A program made the translations under genes and the position numbers. This document shows positions 13,581-25,509 of a stretch of 64,000 nucleotides of DNA, in pieces (position 1 is the first letter of the stretch; every line of letters starts with the position of its first letter). The stretch is from positions 372,001 through 436,000 of the forward strand of contig NW_026782300.1 of NCBI RefSeq assembly GCF_031769215.1, given 5' to 3'. Below the pieces are notes generated by a model. The model had not been told where the DNA came from. It saw nothing but the letters and a program-made list of their open reading frames with translations, and did not search any database. The DNA comes from Ylistrum balloti (Eukaryota).

Positions 13581-15422
13581 CTGACTGAAGTCAAAGCACC
13601 ATACATTACCCCTGCAAATTCCACTGTTGCAGTGTTTTCTAGCTGTACAGACTGATAGGTGTTTGATGACTTGCAATAATGACCCAGAATATAAGCATTC
13701 AAATAATATCATCTTTATTAAATAAAGATCTTTACTGTAAACAAGACAATAAATCATACAATGGATAACCACAACAAAATTGAGCAAAAATTTGTATCAC
13801 ACAAATAAAAATACAGGTGAATTTTACGGATATATAAATAAGGGAAATAAGTTACATGTACAAGTATATTATTATATTCATGTGTAAGCATTCATATAGG
13901 CAAAACTCTTTCACAAGTAGCACCCTAGATGAAATCACTTGAGTTTCTTTTCTCCTAGAAAAACATAATGGAATGGACTTCCTACAATGCAAGCTATAGC
14001 AATACTGGGAAATATGCCATCAGAAAGACTGACCCCCAACTTATATTAAACTGTCTAGCTCCTTTACCCTGCCAATCCTTAACATTTCTTACAAAGTGCC
14101 AAAAATTTTGCTTTTCAAATTTAAAGGAATGGTTTTGTGTTAAGGTAAATGTACTAAATTAATGGTTATTAAATTTGATCACTAATACTTTTTGACAAAT
14201 TAGTGTAATGTTGAATTCATGCATCAGTAATAACTGCTATATATATACAACATACAGAAGTGACAATTACGGCAATGGAGCACCATACTTTCTGTGCGAA
14301 AAGTGCTAAAGTAAGATTACTTCTAAAATATATACATTTACACAACTTTTTTACATCTAGTTTATGTATATAATTCAATGAAAAATACATTTCTTCTTTA
14401 GTTAGGAGGGTCTGTATTTCTTCAATAACATTCAAGCAGTATTTCTAAGTCATATAATTTGATGTGCCAATAGGGATATTAGTAATTAGTATTTTTTGAA
14501 GAGGTGCAATGTGAAAAAATGATTATGTGAAGCCGAGCGAGAGGTAAATATCACAGTTTGGGTGAAGATTTAGAAAGAGTAGCAACAACTGATTATGTCA
14601 TGGTTTGTATCTTTTTATTACAGAATCTTATTTATTCTGATAACAGGCTTTATTGTATTCATCTCTGTCGAAACAATAAAATAACAAAGTCTAAATCTCA
14701 AGGTAATCATCTCAAAGTGCTAAATATCACAGCTCAAGCATGTACATGTACCCCTCAATGCTATTGTCCAGAGATGAATGCTTGCTGGGTTCATTGCTCT
14801 GTGAACAGGTCATTTGAAGCAGGGCCTCCTTTTAGTAGCTGCTGGCTTCCTCAACTAACAACACAAGGAATGCCAACGGCATGCCATCAAGAACAAATGG
14901 GGTGCAGTGTTCTGACCTTGGACACAAACCTGACATTGTAGACTGGTCTGTTCCTCAGATTCCTTAGAAACTCCAACCCCCATAGTTAGGAAACTGTCAA
15001 ACTACACACCTCCAATCTTCACCTGAGGTTATGCAGACCATTGCTTTACATATTGAGCTATTGCAATCCCCTATGACAAGCTCACATACCCAATACCATC
15101 TGGAATCTGACATGCTTTAGGGAGGATGAGGTATGACAAAAAAGACTGATATAAACTCTCAGATCATTCATACATAAGTTTGGTAAATTCAGATAACATT
15201 TAAAAAGAGTTTATCCCTAAAACAAATCTCAAAAATGTTCCTCTATTCAATGTCATCATACTCACAAGTTTTTCAACAGGTCAAATTCAACAAAGTGGAT
15301 TAACACACGTTTAACCGGTATATGATTTAACCATAAATTTTCTTAAAAAAAATAGTATCAAGAAACATCAAAGCGTTATCTTAATAAATATCACATGAAC
15401 TTCACTAGAATAGAGCAGTATG

Positions 15423-15556
15423 TTAACTGTCGGCTCCATTGATGTCAGAACTAGTGATGTCTGTGTCAGTCTCACAGATCTGACCATGAGTTTTCTCCCC
15501 TTCCACGTCAGATGACGACCCAATCAAGTCGGACCCTCCAGAAGGTAACATGGGAT
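15423..15556 (-). CDS. DMTF1: DMTF1 last coding exon
   Basis: atgcag|DPMLPSGGSDLIGSSSDVEGEK...GADS; stop TAA at 15425-15423. Confidence 0.8.
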
Positions 15557-18500
15557 CTGCATTAAGAAAAACAGAAAATGTTCATCACAATTAAGTCTAC
15601 AAAACATGCATCACAGCATAGAACGCTTAAACACAATCACGCCTTCCAGAAGATGATGTTTTCTTTTATTTGATAAATATAACCATGACCATAACATATG
15701 ACATCTGTTCTATACTTATCCCCGGATAGTATACTAGTTTAAAACTTACAAACTATAAATTATAAAGTCAAGATGAATATTCTTCAAACTAAAAAAACAT
15801 TTTACTGCTTAACAGCAACAAAACCAACAAAAATTCCGTTGCATCAAATCTGTTGTTCGTTATCCTAATTTTTATCCTTTCTACAAAGCACGAAATACCA
15901 TATTAAATCTCCATGTGGTCAATATATGACCAAATCCACTTAAAGGGAGCTTATTAAAGACCACTCACAGGACAGTTTTTGGACATTTTCATTTCATAAT
16001 TACAACAATATCATCTTTAATACTACATCCTTAATGTCTTTTTTTTCCATAAAATGTAATGCCAATTCAAATATTGTTTTTGAAAGATGAAATACAGGAT
16101 TAAATGAACCTAATTGTTTAATCTGTGGACATACCTGACAGAGAAGACATGAGTTCACTACTGGTGGTCTGGACAAAAGACGGGGAGGTCGTACTGACCA
16201 TTACCAGGTCAACTGTGTCTGCAGTCGAGCTTCCTATGTTGGTCTCCTGTGTATTGAAAATAAAAATTGGTCTGAAGACATCAATACCATTATTTTAACT
16301 ACTTTTGATTTAAGATAACTCCATCTAAAATAATCAGATTAATGTGAAATGTATATATGAAGAAGGAATCAAGCATTTTATATATTACCTCAGCTTCAAA
16401 TATTTTTGAGATAATTTGACCTCGAGTGGTCAATTGGTCATTGCTGTCTAGCCCAGTCCCTGGGATATCACCCTCATCTCCTGGCAGCTGGTCATCCTGA
16501 CTTAACGTCTGCAGATCTTCAGAAATAGAATTTAAGAAATTATTAGAAACACCAGGTCACTATATGCAAAAGTTTTGAATCCATAAAATTAATAAAATAA
16601 ATTGTTCTGGAGACATTTGTTCAGCAATATTTCTTAAATGAAATTATCAATTCTATTTCAATATATGCTTTCCATTAAAGCACACCAGCTATACGCATAA
16701 TGTGAAAGTCATCCATGAAACTTATGTTGGAGACTAACCTGGATCTGACTCTGTGATTGTGTCAGTCAGCTGTATGGAGCTGGTCATCTCACTACCGTCC
16801 AGTGTGGCCACCACCTCTGACACTCCATCCTGTGAAGAGCCAGTACTCAGTATAACTGGTGTTGGGTTCATCTGCACCGTTACATTCTCATTGCCTCTTA
16901 TCGTGGTTGTCTGGTAACAATCAACACAAAACATTTTCATGCTAAATTATATAGGCCTGATGTAAGTCAAATGAAACATTTTTTGGTTTAATAACCTGCA
17001 ATATTTTATTTTTTCCACTCCAAGATATAATTTGATTTTGCTGTTGATCTGTAAACTAACAACTTTATAATTATCACCTTAATTCCATATGTTTTGATTT
17101 GGTTCTGAAATTTACATAGAACTTTCAATGCCTTCTACTTTGAGTTGTATCTCTTTATAGCAATGATATGATCTGCACTTTTCCTAATACCACTAAGGAA
17201 GGTAACTGCACTATAAGTACACTTTAGTGCATTAATTACCCACTTGTAAGGTGTTTACAATAATATGATCCATTCCCTTGTCTACATCACAAGGAAGATA
17301 ATTGCAATATATTGTGACATTTAGTCACAGGGTTTTACAGCATTACTCACTGGTAGAGTGTGAACAATGATGTGATCTGTCCCCATGGCAGCACCACTAA
17401 GGGAGATAACTGGACTATTTTGAGGCTGTGTGATAAGGAAGGTTCCAGAACTTGTCTGATGTAGTACCTCAAATGTCTGAAAAGCAGTGTCTCCTTCAGC
17501 AGATCCTGTGTCTAGGGAACCTGCTATGGAGAGATGTGTAAACATTCATAAAAACTGACCAATATAAACCTCATTCATTAAGAAAACTACAGTGTTCTGA
17601 CAATATGAATTCATTCCAAACAAAGTGTCTGGATTTTTTATTAGTTTGATTATTGAACCTCATAATCAAAAAGAAGTGATTTAGTCCAAAAATACTGGTT
17701 GCAAACTGGACACTGACTCAAAAGTAGGTGGACTACTATTTCTGAGTTTTCTATTGGAATATGTTCTATGGGCACCATAAGAAATAATCCTATTATAACA
17801 CCGAATCTTATTTTTACTCTACACATACTTACCAGTCTGTATGGGAAGAGAATGCATGTTAGAGTTAAGAGACATGGGGATTTGTAGTGTTGTCATATCT
17901 GTGGCTGATACCGGTCGGGGCAAACCAATGTGTGAAAGTCGCATACCAGACGATGTTACAGGATTCTTCATCCGTACATTTTGTAAATGTACATTTTTAA
18001 GAAATATAATCAGATCTGAAAATTAAGTAAAATTCCATTACTTTACATATGATGATATACTCGAATCATTAGGGAAACCAACAACATATGAAAAATTATT
18101 TTTGAACTTTGAACAAGTATCTTTATTTACATCTCATCCATTAAACAGATTTCTGTGCATAAATAGAATCATACAAATTAAAATAAGTCCATACCTGAGA
18201 ATGACAGTAACTGATAATCTGGAACATGCCTCTTGAGAGACCACCACTTTCCTCTTAGCCACTGTGGAGATCGTACACTACCAAAGAAATAGCATATATT
18301 CATCTTGTGATTTGTTTTCATGACACACGACACACAATAGGCTATGTACATTGTATCTTGTCATTTGTCTCCATCCAAACTCTGCCTACTGATATGCCAT
18401 TGCAACCTTTCAAATGTGTGTTTTCTTGCTTACATGGTTTCTACATTGTGATATCAACATGATAAAGAACATAATGAAACCTGCAATTTCTGAACAGTCA

Positions 18501-21500
18501 ATAAACATGTTAGTGTTTCAAAAATCATGTTAAAATTAACACATTTTCAAATATTCTGAACTGGCTGTAGTCTTTACTTATTCGTAGTTTCATGCCTTGT
18601 TTGCATGTCTTTAAATACTTTGCCATGATTAGGAGCAATGTCAACTCTGAGAGCTCATACTCTTATTTATTTTCACAAGTATATTTTTGAAACTATATTT
18701 CTGAATTCTGTTTAGACTGACAGAAGGTTTACTGTATCTTTGACCTGTGTAAGGTAGCAGAAACAACCTTGCACTGTACCTGTATCTGATATTAAGGGAG
18801 TATATATTTTACAGATTACAAAATATATTGAACGTAAACTGTTCCAGTAATTAATATAATCATTCGTGTGCTTTTAATTCTCTGAGATAAGCCACAAGTG
18901 AAACAATTATCAAAGCATCATTCCAATGATATTGAACTATATCCAAATTTAACATTTAATAAAGCACATCTTTGACAGATTTTCTTGATATGAAACTGTA
19001 TTAGAGGCTGACATTACTCTTACAAGAAAACAATGAGAAGACAATTATTACTTTCATTTTTCCATGATTTGTAGGAATTCTCAAACTTAAACGTACAACA
19101 ATGCCACTGTAATTACCTTGGCCAGTTCTTGGCTAGCTCTGTCCAGTCAATCTCTGTGTCATCTGACACACCCAAGTTGGCAATTCTAGAACCAGAAATT
19201 TTATGTTCAATTGAAAATTGCTTTATTTATAACATATTAATTTGATTTATAATAAGTTATAAAACAAAGTACTGTAGTATGTATAAAGAGTTTACTGGAT
19301 GTAAAGTTTGATGAAGATTTGACTTGTTGAATAAAAAAAAAAACCAAAGTAAGATTTAGCCTGACTGATCTTCATGGCCAACCTTTAATACACACTCAGC
19401 AAGCTTTATCTATATCCAATAGAACCGACCACAGAGATTAAAGTTATTATCTAACAATCACACAAAAATAACATGTAACAATTTTGTATTTGTAGACAGA
19501 CTCAAATATTCTATCTACTGCATAATCCACGAGATACATACTTAAGGACAAGATTGATGTCATCCTCCCTTGTCCAGTCTGTCCCACCCTTCTGTTTCCA
19601 GTTGAGGAAGTTTAACCACTTTGTTCGACACTGTTTCTCTGAGCGTGTGAGAACTCTCTCTGCTACAGATGCCCATGAAAGTCCACTGGTGACATTCTCA
19701 CCTACAACAAATAAGCTCCATTGTAAATTGTGTCCCTTGGAATTAGCAATGCCTCTAATCCTACCTCTTTTCAAACAATTACACAATAACTGAAGACGGA
19801 AACTCTCAAATAACTCACTTATTCCACACGAAGATAATCCAAAACATGACTATTTATATTATGATTCGAAATTAAAAGTATTCTAATCAAAATAAGTTTA
19901 CATCTCACCGACTTTTAATTTTAAATAATTAATCAATAGCATGACAGGTAATGCAGGGTTTGTTTAGTTCTGTCTGGTGTACATGCTAACACTACCTAGG
20001 TAAGGTGACAGACTAGAACTCCTGAACCAGAAAGGGTCAATATTATCAAGGACATTGATAAGGGAGAGTTCTACCAGGATAATACATTCTCCAAGACATT
20101 ATTCTTCTCTGTATAGTCTATATATATAAGACTATATAAAATAGACATCCTTACCTAACCTTCTCAATGTTGTGATTTTTGTTAATATATCAAGATATTT
20201 CTCAAGGTTTTGTGGGAAGGCTAAGTAAGTAGTAAACATATTGAGAATGCATTAACAATGTAAAATCAACATTATTATATATTTACAGTACCTGGTTTGA
20301 CACCTGCAAGTTCATAAACAGCTGATGAAAGGCGATGTTCTTCTTCTGGCAACCATTTACCTGTAATTCATACAACATAAGGTAAATCTATGCACAAACA
20401 TGATTGTTACAGATACAGGCAAGTTTACACATTAAAGAAACAATACAGGTGAAAAACAATATTTATTTATTTATTTTATTTACTTATTTATTTTGTCTAC
20501 ACATTTTACTTCAACAAAACCATTTTACCTGAATTACAGGTATCCCTCATTAGACGACATTTATCTTTGACAGATGAAGCACTCCTTCCCAACACAGACC
20601 CTATGGAAGCCCAGTCATTGCCATATTTACCACGTAATCTACAAAAGATACATTTAACTAACAATTGATGCTTGCAAAATGAGTCCTCGAATTAAAAAAA
20701 AAGCCTTATATTGTTACATCTGATCATGATCATCCATACAGAAACATCAAAATTTTCACACGTCATTACCATGTAATAACAAATTGTCAAGGAATCTCCT
20801 AGACGCTGTGTATGATGTATATTGAAATAAAGGAAGTGATATACCAATATTAAACGGTATACAACCTTGAGTGATTGGTCACACTGATTATATATATATA
20901 TTATATGAAGGTTCAAGACATATCATCATGATAAGATCTTCATATGATCATTATTGTAGATGAGTGTGATTAGAGAGGTAATGTCCAGTCAAATGTGACT
21001 TTCAGTGAAGTGCATAGTTATAGGCCACTGAAGGTTTAAATATTTCCTTACATTCATGGAGATGGGTTGAGATTTCACTGGCTTATAACTGATCAATTAT
21101 TTGCTTGTTTCGCTGTCGTTCTTTCTATTCTTTTAAATATATTACACAATGATGACCTATAACATTTCATCAGTTCATAGCTTGTTTGAGCACTGCACAT
21201 TATTAGGTCTCAAATACAAAGGGTATATTTTAAACTGATATGTCCTCCTGAAACCAGAAGTTGTAGAAGTTACTCACTCCCTAAGTTTTGCCATTTCCTC
21301 AGGAGAATATTTGCCCATGTGATTTTTCTGGTCATACATTCTGGTAACACGTCTATAAACAGAAAACAATGGACGCTGCAATCCTTTAGCAACTGTCCTA
21401 TAAAAGTCTTTTCTTTCATCTTTGGACATTCCAAATATGATTTCAGTAGGTTCATTTATTCCACGTTCCTGTAACATAAGAATCATTTAACATGTATGAT

Positions 21501-24500
21501 AGTTGATATCAACAAAAAACATGTTTTAATGTCTGTTGAATTATCAGGATCAATACAGAAATAGTAAAATCAAAAACAGGAGTACACATTCATTGGATCA
21601 TACTCTGTCGTGGAGAAGTTTTTGTCAGGGTATTTGGCATAATTACAGTTTAGATAGTTCTTTTCTTTTATTGATTTTGCTTCTGATTTGTGACTCTACA
21701 TGATCACGATTTTGCCTATGATTTGTGACTCTACATGATCATGATTTTGCCTCTGATTTTTGACTCTACATGATCATGACTTTGCCTCTGATTTGTGACT
21801 CTACATGATCATGATTTTGCCTCTGATTTGTGACTCTACATGATCATGACTTTGCCTACGATTTGTGACTCTACATGATCATGACTTTACCTACGATTTG
21901 TGACTCTACATGATCATGACTTTGCCTCTGATTTGTGACTCTACATGATCATGACTTTGCCTATGATTTGTGACTCTACATGATCATGACTTTGCCTCTG
22001 ATTTGTGACTCTACATGATCATGACTTTGCCTATGATTTGTGACTCTACATGATCATGATTTTGCCTATGATTTGTGACTCTACATGATCATGATTTTGC
22101 CTCTGATTTGTGACTCTACATGATCATGATTTTGCCTCTGATTTGTGACTCTACATGATCATGATTTTGCCTATGATTTGTGACTCTACATGATCATGAC
22201 TTTGCCTACGATTTGTGACTCTACATGATCATGACTTTACCTACGATTTGTGACTCTACATGATCATGACTTTGCCTATGATTTGTGACTCTACATGATC
22301 ATGATTTTGCCTATGATTTGTGACTCTACATGATCATGACTTTGCCTATGATTTGTGACTCTACATGATCATGACTTTGCCTATGATTTGTGACTCTACA
22401 TGATCATGACTTTGCCTATGATTTGTGACGCTACATGATCATGATTTTGCCTCTGATTTGTGACTCTACATGATCATGATTTTGCCTCTGATTTGTGACT
22501 CTACATGATCATGACTTTGCCTCTGATTTGTGACTCTACATGATCATGACTTTGCCTATGATTTGTGACTCTACATGATCATGACTTTGCCTCTGATTTG
22601 TGATTCTACATGATCATGACTTTGCCTATGATTTGTGACTCTACATGATCATGATATTCTACAATTGATGACGGTTGACTATCACATTATAAAACAATTG
22701 AAATTTACAGCAGACCTGAAAAGTCGTGAAGTGAACAATTTCACTCTACCATGCGTCACCAGTTTGATGAATGGTAAATATTTTGGAAACACTCTATTCA
22801 GGTTGTGATAAACTAATAATCAACCATAGATCATTCCAGAACTGATGTCAGATGATAAGTGATTAATTTTGTAGCAATTCCTAGCATTTTCAACAGCATT
22901 AGAGACCCCCTTCTTGTAACATTGACCAAGCAGTGAATTAGGCTCTAATTGTAACAGTGACATAGGAGTGCAGTAAGTTTTTCTTTTAACATTGAGATAA
23001 GAGTGCATTTGGTTCTTTTTGTAACGTTAATCTAGGAGTGCATATAGGTAACCAAGAAAGATCACAGGCATGATGAATTACCACACACACTCAGACACTT
23101 TGTCATGTATAAAAATACATAGAAACATAGACACTAAATTCAATAAAATTATAATCAAGAGCAATATTTCATGTTGGAAAATCACAAAGAAGGACTCAAT
23201 ACTGCTGAAATATATTGGTATACGCTATCTATTTGAGAAATCAATATTAAGATATATACCCGACAATATCCATCAATGTTACTCTGTAAAACATCTATCT
23301 CTTCTTTAGTCCATTGGCCTTGCTTCCAGCTGGCTCCTGTAACATATCATTCAACAGAAGTGTTTATTCTTAAAAGTTATAGTAACATTACTATCACATT
23401 AATGGTGATACATGTATCTTTACTTTGTATGATGAATATTTTTTATGATTTACACAGTTGATGCCTATACTATGAATGATGAAATTTTCGAAGAAGTTTC
23501 GTATTGGCAGCATCTTTACTTTGTACAATGTACTTTTTATAGATCTAAATTGGTAACAGTTTTACTTTGAACAATGAACTTCTTAAAGATTTATCCGTCG
23601 ATTGCCTTACTTTGTATGACGAACTTTTTAATGATTTATATGGGTAAAACATTTACTTTTAATGATGAACTTTTTAATGATTAATACCCATAACACCTTT
23701 ACTTTGAATGATGACCTTTTTTAATGATTAATACCCGTAACAACTTTACTTTGAATGATGAACATTTTTAATGACTTATACGGGTGTCATGTTTACTTTG
23801 AATGATAGACCTCTTTTATGATTTAAACAGGTGATACCTTTACTCTGCATGGCAACCTTGTCAAACCGAGTGGTGAACCATGCCTGTGTTACATCAGAGT
23901 TGCCCGGTGACTTCTTGCCCGTGTTACTTGGTCCCAACAGTTGCTCAGATACTGATGGGGTGGTCGTTACCAAAGGAACAGTTACAGCTGTAGCCATTGC
24001 TGTTGCCACAGGAAGCTGTTGTTCTTCCAGCTGTCAAGTCAAAGGAACATATATCAAACTTGTGCAGCATATATAATAATATTACACAGAATATATACAT
24101 TTAAATACAATCAGTGTTCAAAATTTAGGAAGTGTCCTTACCCATTCTATCATCTAACAATTTCATACTGAATTGTTCCAATTGTGATGCATATTTAGTA
24201 ACGAACTAAAAAATAAAGGACTGGAAAGATACTTGCAGAAGACCAAAAAAAGCCAAACTCAGCTCCCTTTCTCATCAGTTTACATAATTCAACTCTGATT
24301 TGTATTTTATGAGAATAAGAACCAACAATTTGGTTTAATTTTCAGTGAGGCTACCTCAACTGCAGCTGAGGCTTGAATCTTCTGCTGGTCGTCCAGTGTA
24401 ATGTCTGCATTCTCTGCAGTCGTGCTGTCTGCAACAGTCAGGACATATGATTGTCCATCCTCACCCTGGAACCTAAATCGTTTGTTGGCAGGCTCAGTGA

Positions 24501-25509
24501 CATCTGTCTCCACAGTAGCTGTAGCTGAGTTCATACCCAAAGAAGCTACAAGTAGAAAACAGAACATATACAAAAGTGTTGTGTATCAATCCAAATGAAC
24601 TGAAAATAAATTAATTAGTAGAAAATGTTTAACACTGTATCACAAAGTGTCCAACAAACAGTGAACTTATCATGTCTAAGAATACATTTTCAGAACAAGG
24701 TATTAAATACAGTAAATTACAGTTTGAGTTATTATCTATGGTTTTCCTGAACGAATCAAAGGTCTACTCCAATTTAAAACATCTATATATTTTATCTAGT
24801 AATACACTGCTCCAAATATCACTTATTTTTTATCTAGTGTACCTGTAGATTGTTTCCATTTCCTATAGAGAAAGAGTAGAAAAAATACATATGTAAAAGA
24901 TTTTTATTAACCATAATTCTTAAAATATCCTACCAGGAAACCAAAAATAGCAAGTAGCAACTCTATGGGCACTGTTATATGGTGCTTGTCACAATGACAT
25001 AACATAAAAATTGCAAAAAGCATACATGTATGTGGCATGTGCAGCTCACCAATAAAAATGAAAATCTCAGCGTAAACACCAGATAGTACTGGACAGACAA
25101 ACTTTGTTTGGCACTCTTAGACTTTGAGTGAGACTCCTTGTTTTCAAAAACAATGTGCATCAATTAAAGGACATGCTGGTCCAAAAACCTACAAAACAGA
25201 CTGTATACCTGCTGCTTCTCTAGATAATATGATGTAACCATCAGCAATGCCGGACTCAAACCGCAGAACATTTTCTGAGGTGGGTAAGGTTTCTTCCCCA
25301 GGTACTTCTTTCTTGATAATGGCACACACACTGTCACTGCCTATACCACTTTCCTCAGGCTCTTTGACTGGGGGCACTATAGACTCTCCTATTTCTCCTT
25401 CACACAGATCCCCAACAGTACTGCCGATGTTCACTGAGGCCAGGTCTGTCATACTTGTGGTGTCCACCGATGAAAGGTCTGAGGAGTTCTCCTCTGACAG
25501 AACCTCCAT
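15423..25509 (-). CDS. DMTF1: Cyclin D-binding Myb-like transcription factor 1, spliced CDS of 16 coding exons, 781 aa
   Basis: Exons in transcript order: 25509-25209, 24545-24355, 24030-23838, 23336-23260, 21468-21278, 20638-20529, 20360-20292, 19701-19542, 19185-19117, 18277-18195, 18015-17833, 17523-17351, 16910-16739, 16516-16389, 16246-16135, 15556-15423. Phases are consistent and the total is 2346 nt. Diagnostic motifs: QAWFTT, WKQGQWTKEEID, MSKDERKDFYRTVAKGLQRPLFSVYRRV, GNDWASIG..LGRSASSVKD, RSEKQCRTKWLNFLNWKQ, VRSPQWLRGKWW. Confidence 0.94.
16135..16246 (-). CDS. DMTF1: DMTF1 coding exon 15
   Basis: acacag|ETNIGSSTADTVDLVMV...SSLS G|gtatgt. Confidence 0.8.
16389..16516 (-). CDS. DMTF1: DMTF1 coding exon 14
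   Basis: DLQTLSQDDQLPGDEGD...KIFEAE|gtaata; the frame requires the less common AAG acceptor. Confidence 0.68.
16739..16910 (-). CDS. DMTF1: DMTF1 coding exon 13
   Basis: taccag|TTTIRGNENVTVQM...TESDP G|gttagt. Confidence 0.8.
17351..17523 (-). CDS. DMTF1: DMTF1 coding exon 12 (tandem TAGCAG acceptor)
   Basis: (A)GSLDTGSAEGDTAFQTFEVL...IIVHTLP|gtgagt; an alternative in-frame start lies at 17520. Confidence 0.82.
17833..18015 (-). CDS. DMTF1: DMTF1 coding exon 11
   Basis: ttttcag|..LIIFLKNVHLQ...HSLPIQT G|gtaagt; phases fit. Confidence 0.82.
18195..18277 (-). CDS. DMTF1: DMTF1 coding exon 10
   Basis: SVRSPQWLRGKWWSLKRHVPDYQLLSFS. Confidence 0.93.
19117..19185 (-). CDS. DMTF1: DMTF1 coding exon 9
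   Basis: IANLGVSDDTEIDWTELAKNWP. Confidence 0.92.
19542..19701 (-). CDS. DMTF1: DMTF1 coding exon 8 (Myb repeat)
   Basis: GENVTSGLSWASVAERVLTRSEKQCRTKWLNFLNWKQKGGTDWTREDDINLVL. Confidence 0.95.
20292..20360 (-). CDS. DMTF1: DMTF1 coding exon 7
   Basis: GKWLPEEEHRLSSAVYELAGVKP. Confidence 0.92.
20529..20638 (-). CDS. DMTF1: DMTF1 coding exon 6 (Myb repeat)
   Basis: LRGKYGNDWASIGSVLGRSASSVKDKCRLMRDTCNS. Confidence 0.95.
21278..21468 (-). CDS. DMTF1: DMTF1 coding exon 5
   Basis: ERGINEPTEIIFGMSKDERKDFYRT...GKYSPEEMAKLR; donor GTGAGT. Confidence 0.95.
21673..22655. repeat. 35-bp minisatellite, about 28 copies, in a DMTF1 intron
   Basis: Unit ATTTGTGACTCTACATGATCATGA(C/T)TTTGCCT(C/A)TG; unit starts run from 21686 to 22631 in exact 35-bp steps. 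Confidence 0.97.
23260..23336 (-). CDS. DMTF1: DMTF1 coding exon 4
   Basis: GASWKQGQWTKEEIDVLQSNIDGYCR; GT-AG flanks. Confidence 0.9.
23405..23852. repeat. Degenerate 45-49-bp tandem array, 10 units, the last being the DMTF1 exon end and donor
   Basis: TTTACT anchor (some variants) at 23419, 23466, 23515, 23561, 23606, 23652, 23698, 23745, 23792 and 23839. Confidence 0.85.
23838..24030 (-). CDS. DMTF1: DMTF1 coding exon 3
   Basis: LEEQQLPVAT...DVTQAWFTTRFDKVAMQSK; donor AAG|GTATCA. Confidence 0.88.
24355..24545 (-). CDS. DMTF1: DMTF1 coding exon 2
   Basis: ttgtag|..SLGMNSATATVETDVTEPANKRFRF...AAVE|gtagcc; phases fit both neighbours. Confidence 0.8.
25209..25509 (-). CDS. DMTF1: DMTF1 coding exon 1 (acidic N-terminus)
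   Basis: Acceptor at 25536-25537; ATG at 25509; MEVLSEENSS...ILSREAA; donor G|GTATAC. Confidence 0.75.

Noticed and set aside
21673-22655. 35-bp and 36-bp arrays (also 47146-47700) as CRISPR arrays
   Set aside because: The units are contiguous with no unique spacers, there are no cas genes, and the context is eukaryotic and spliced.
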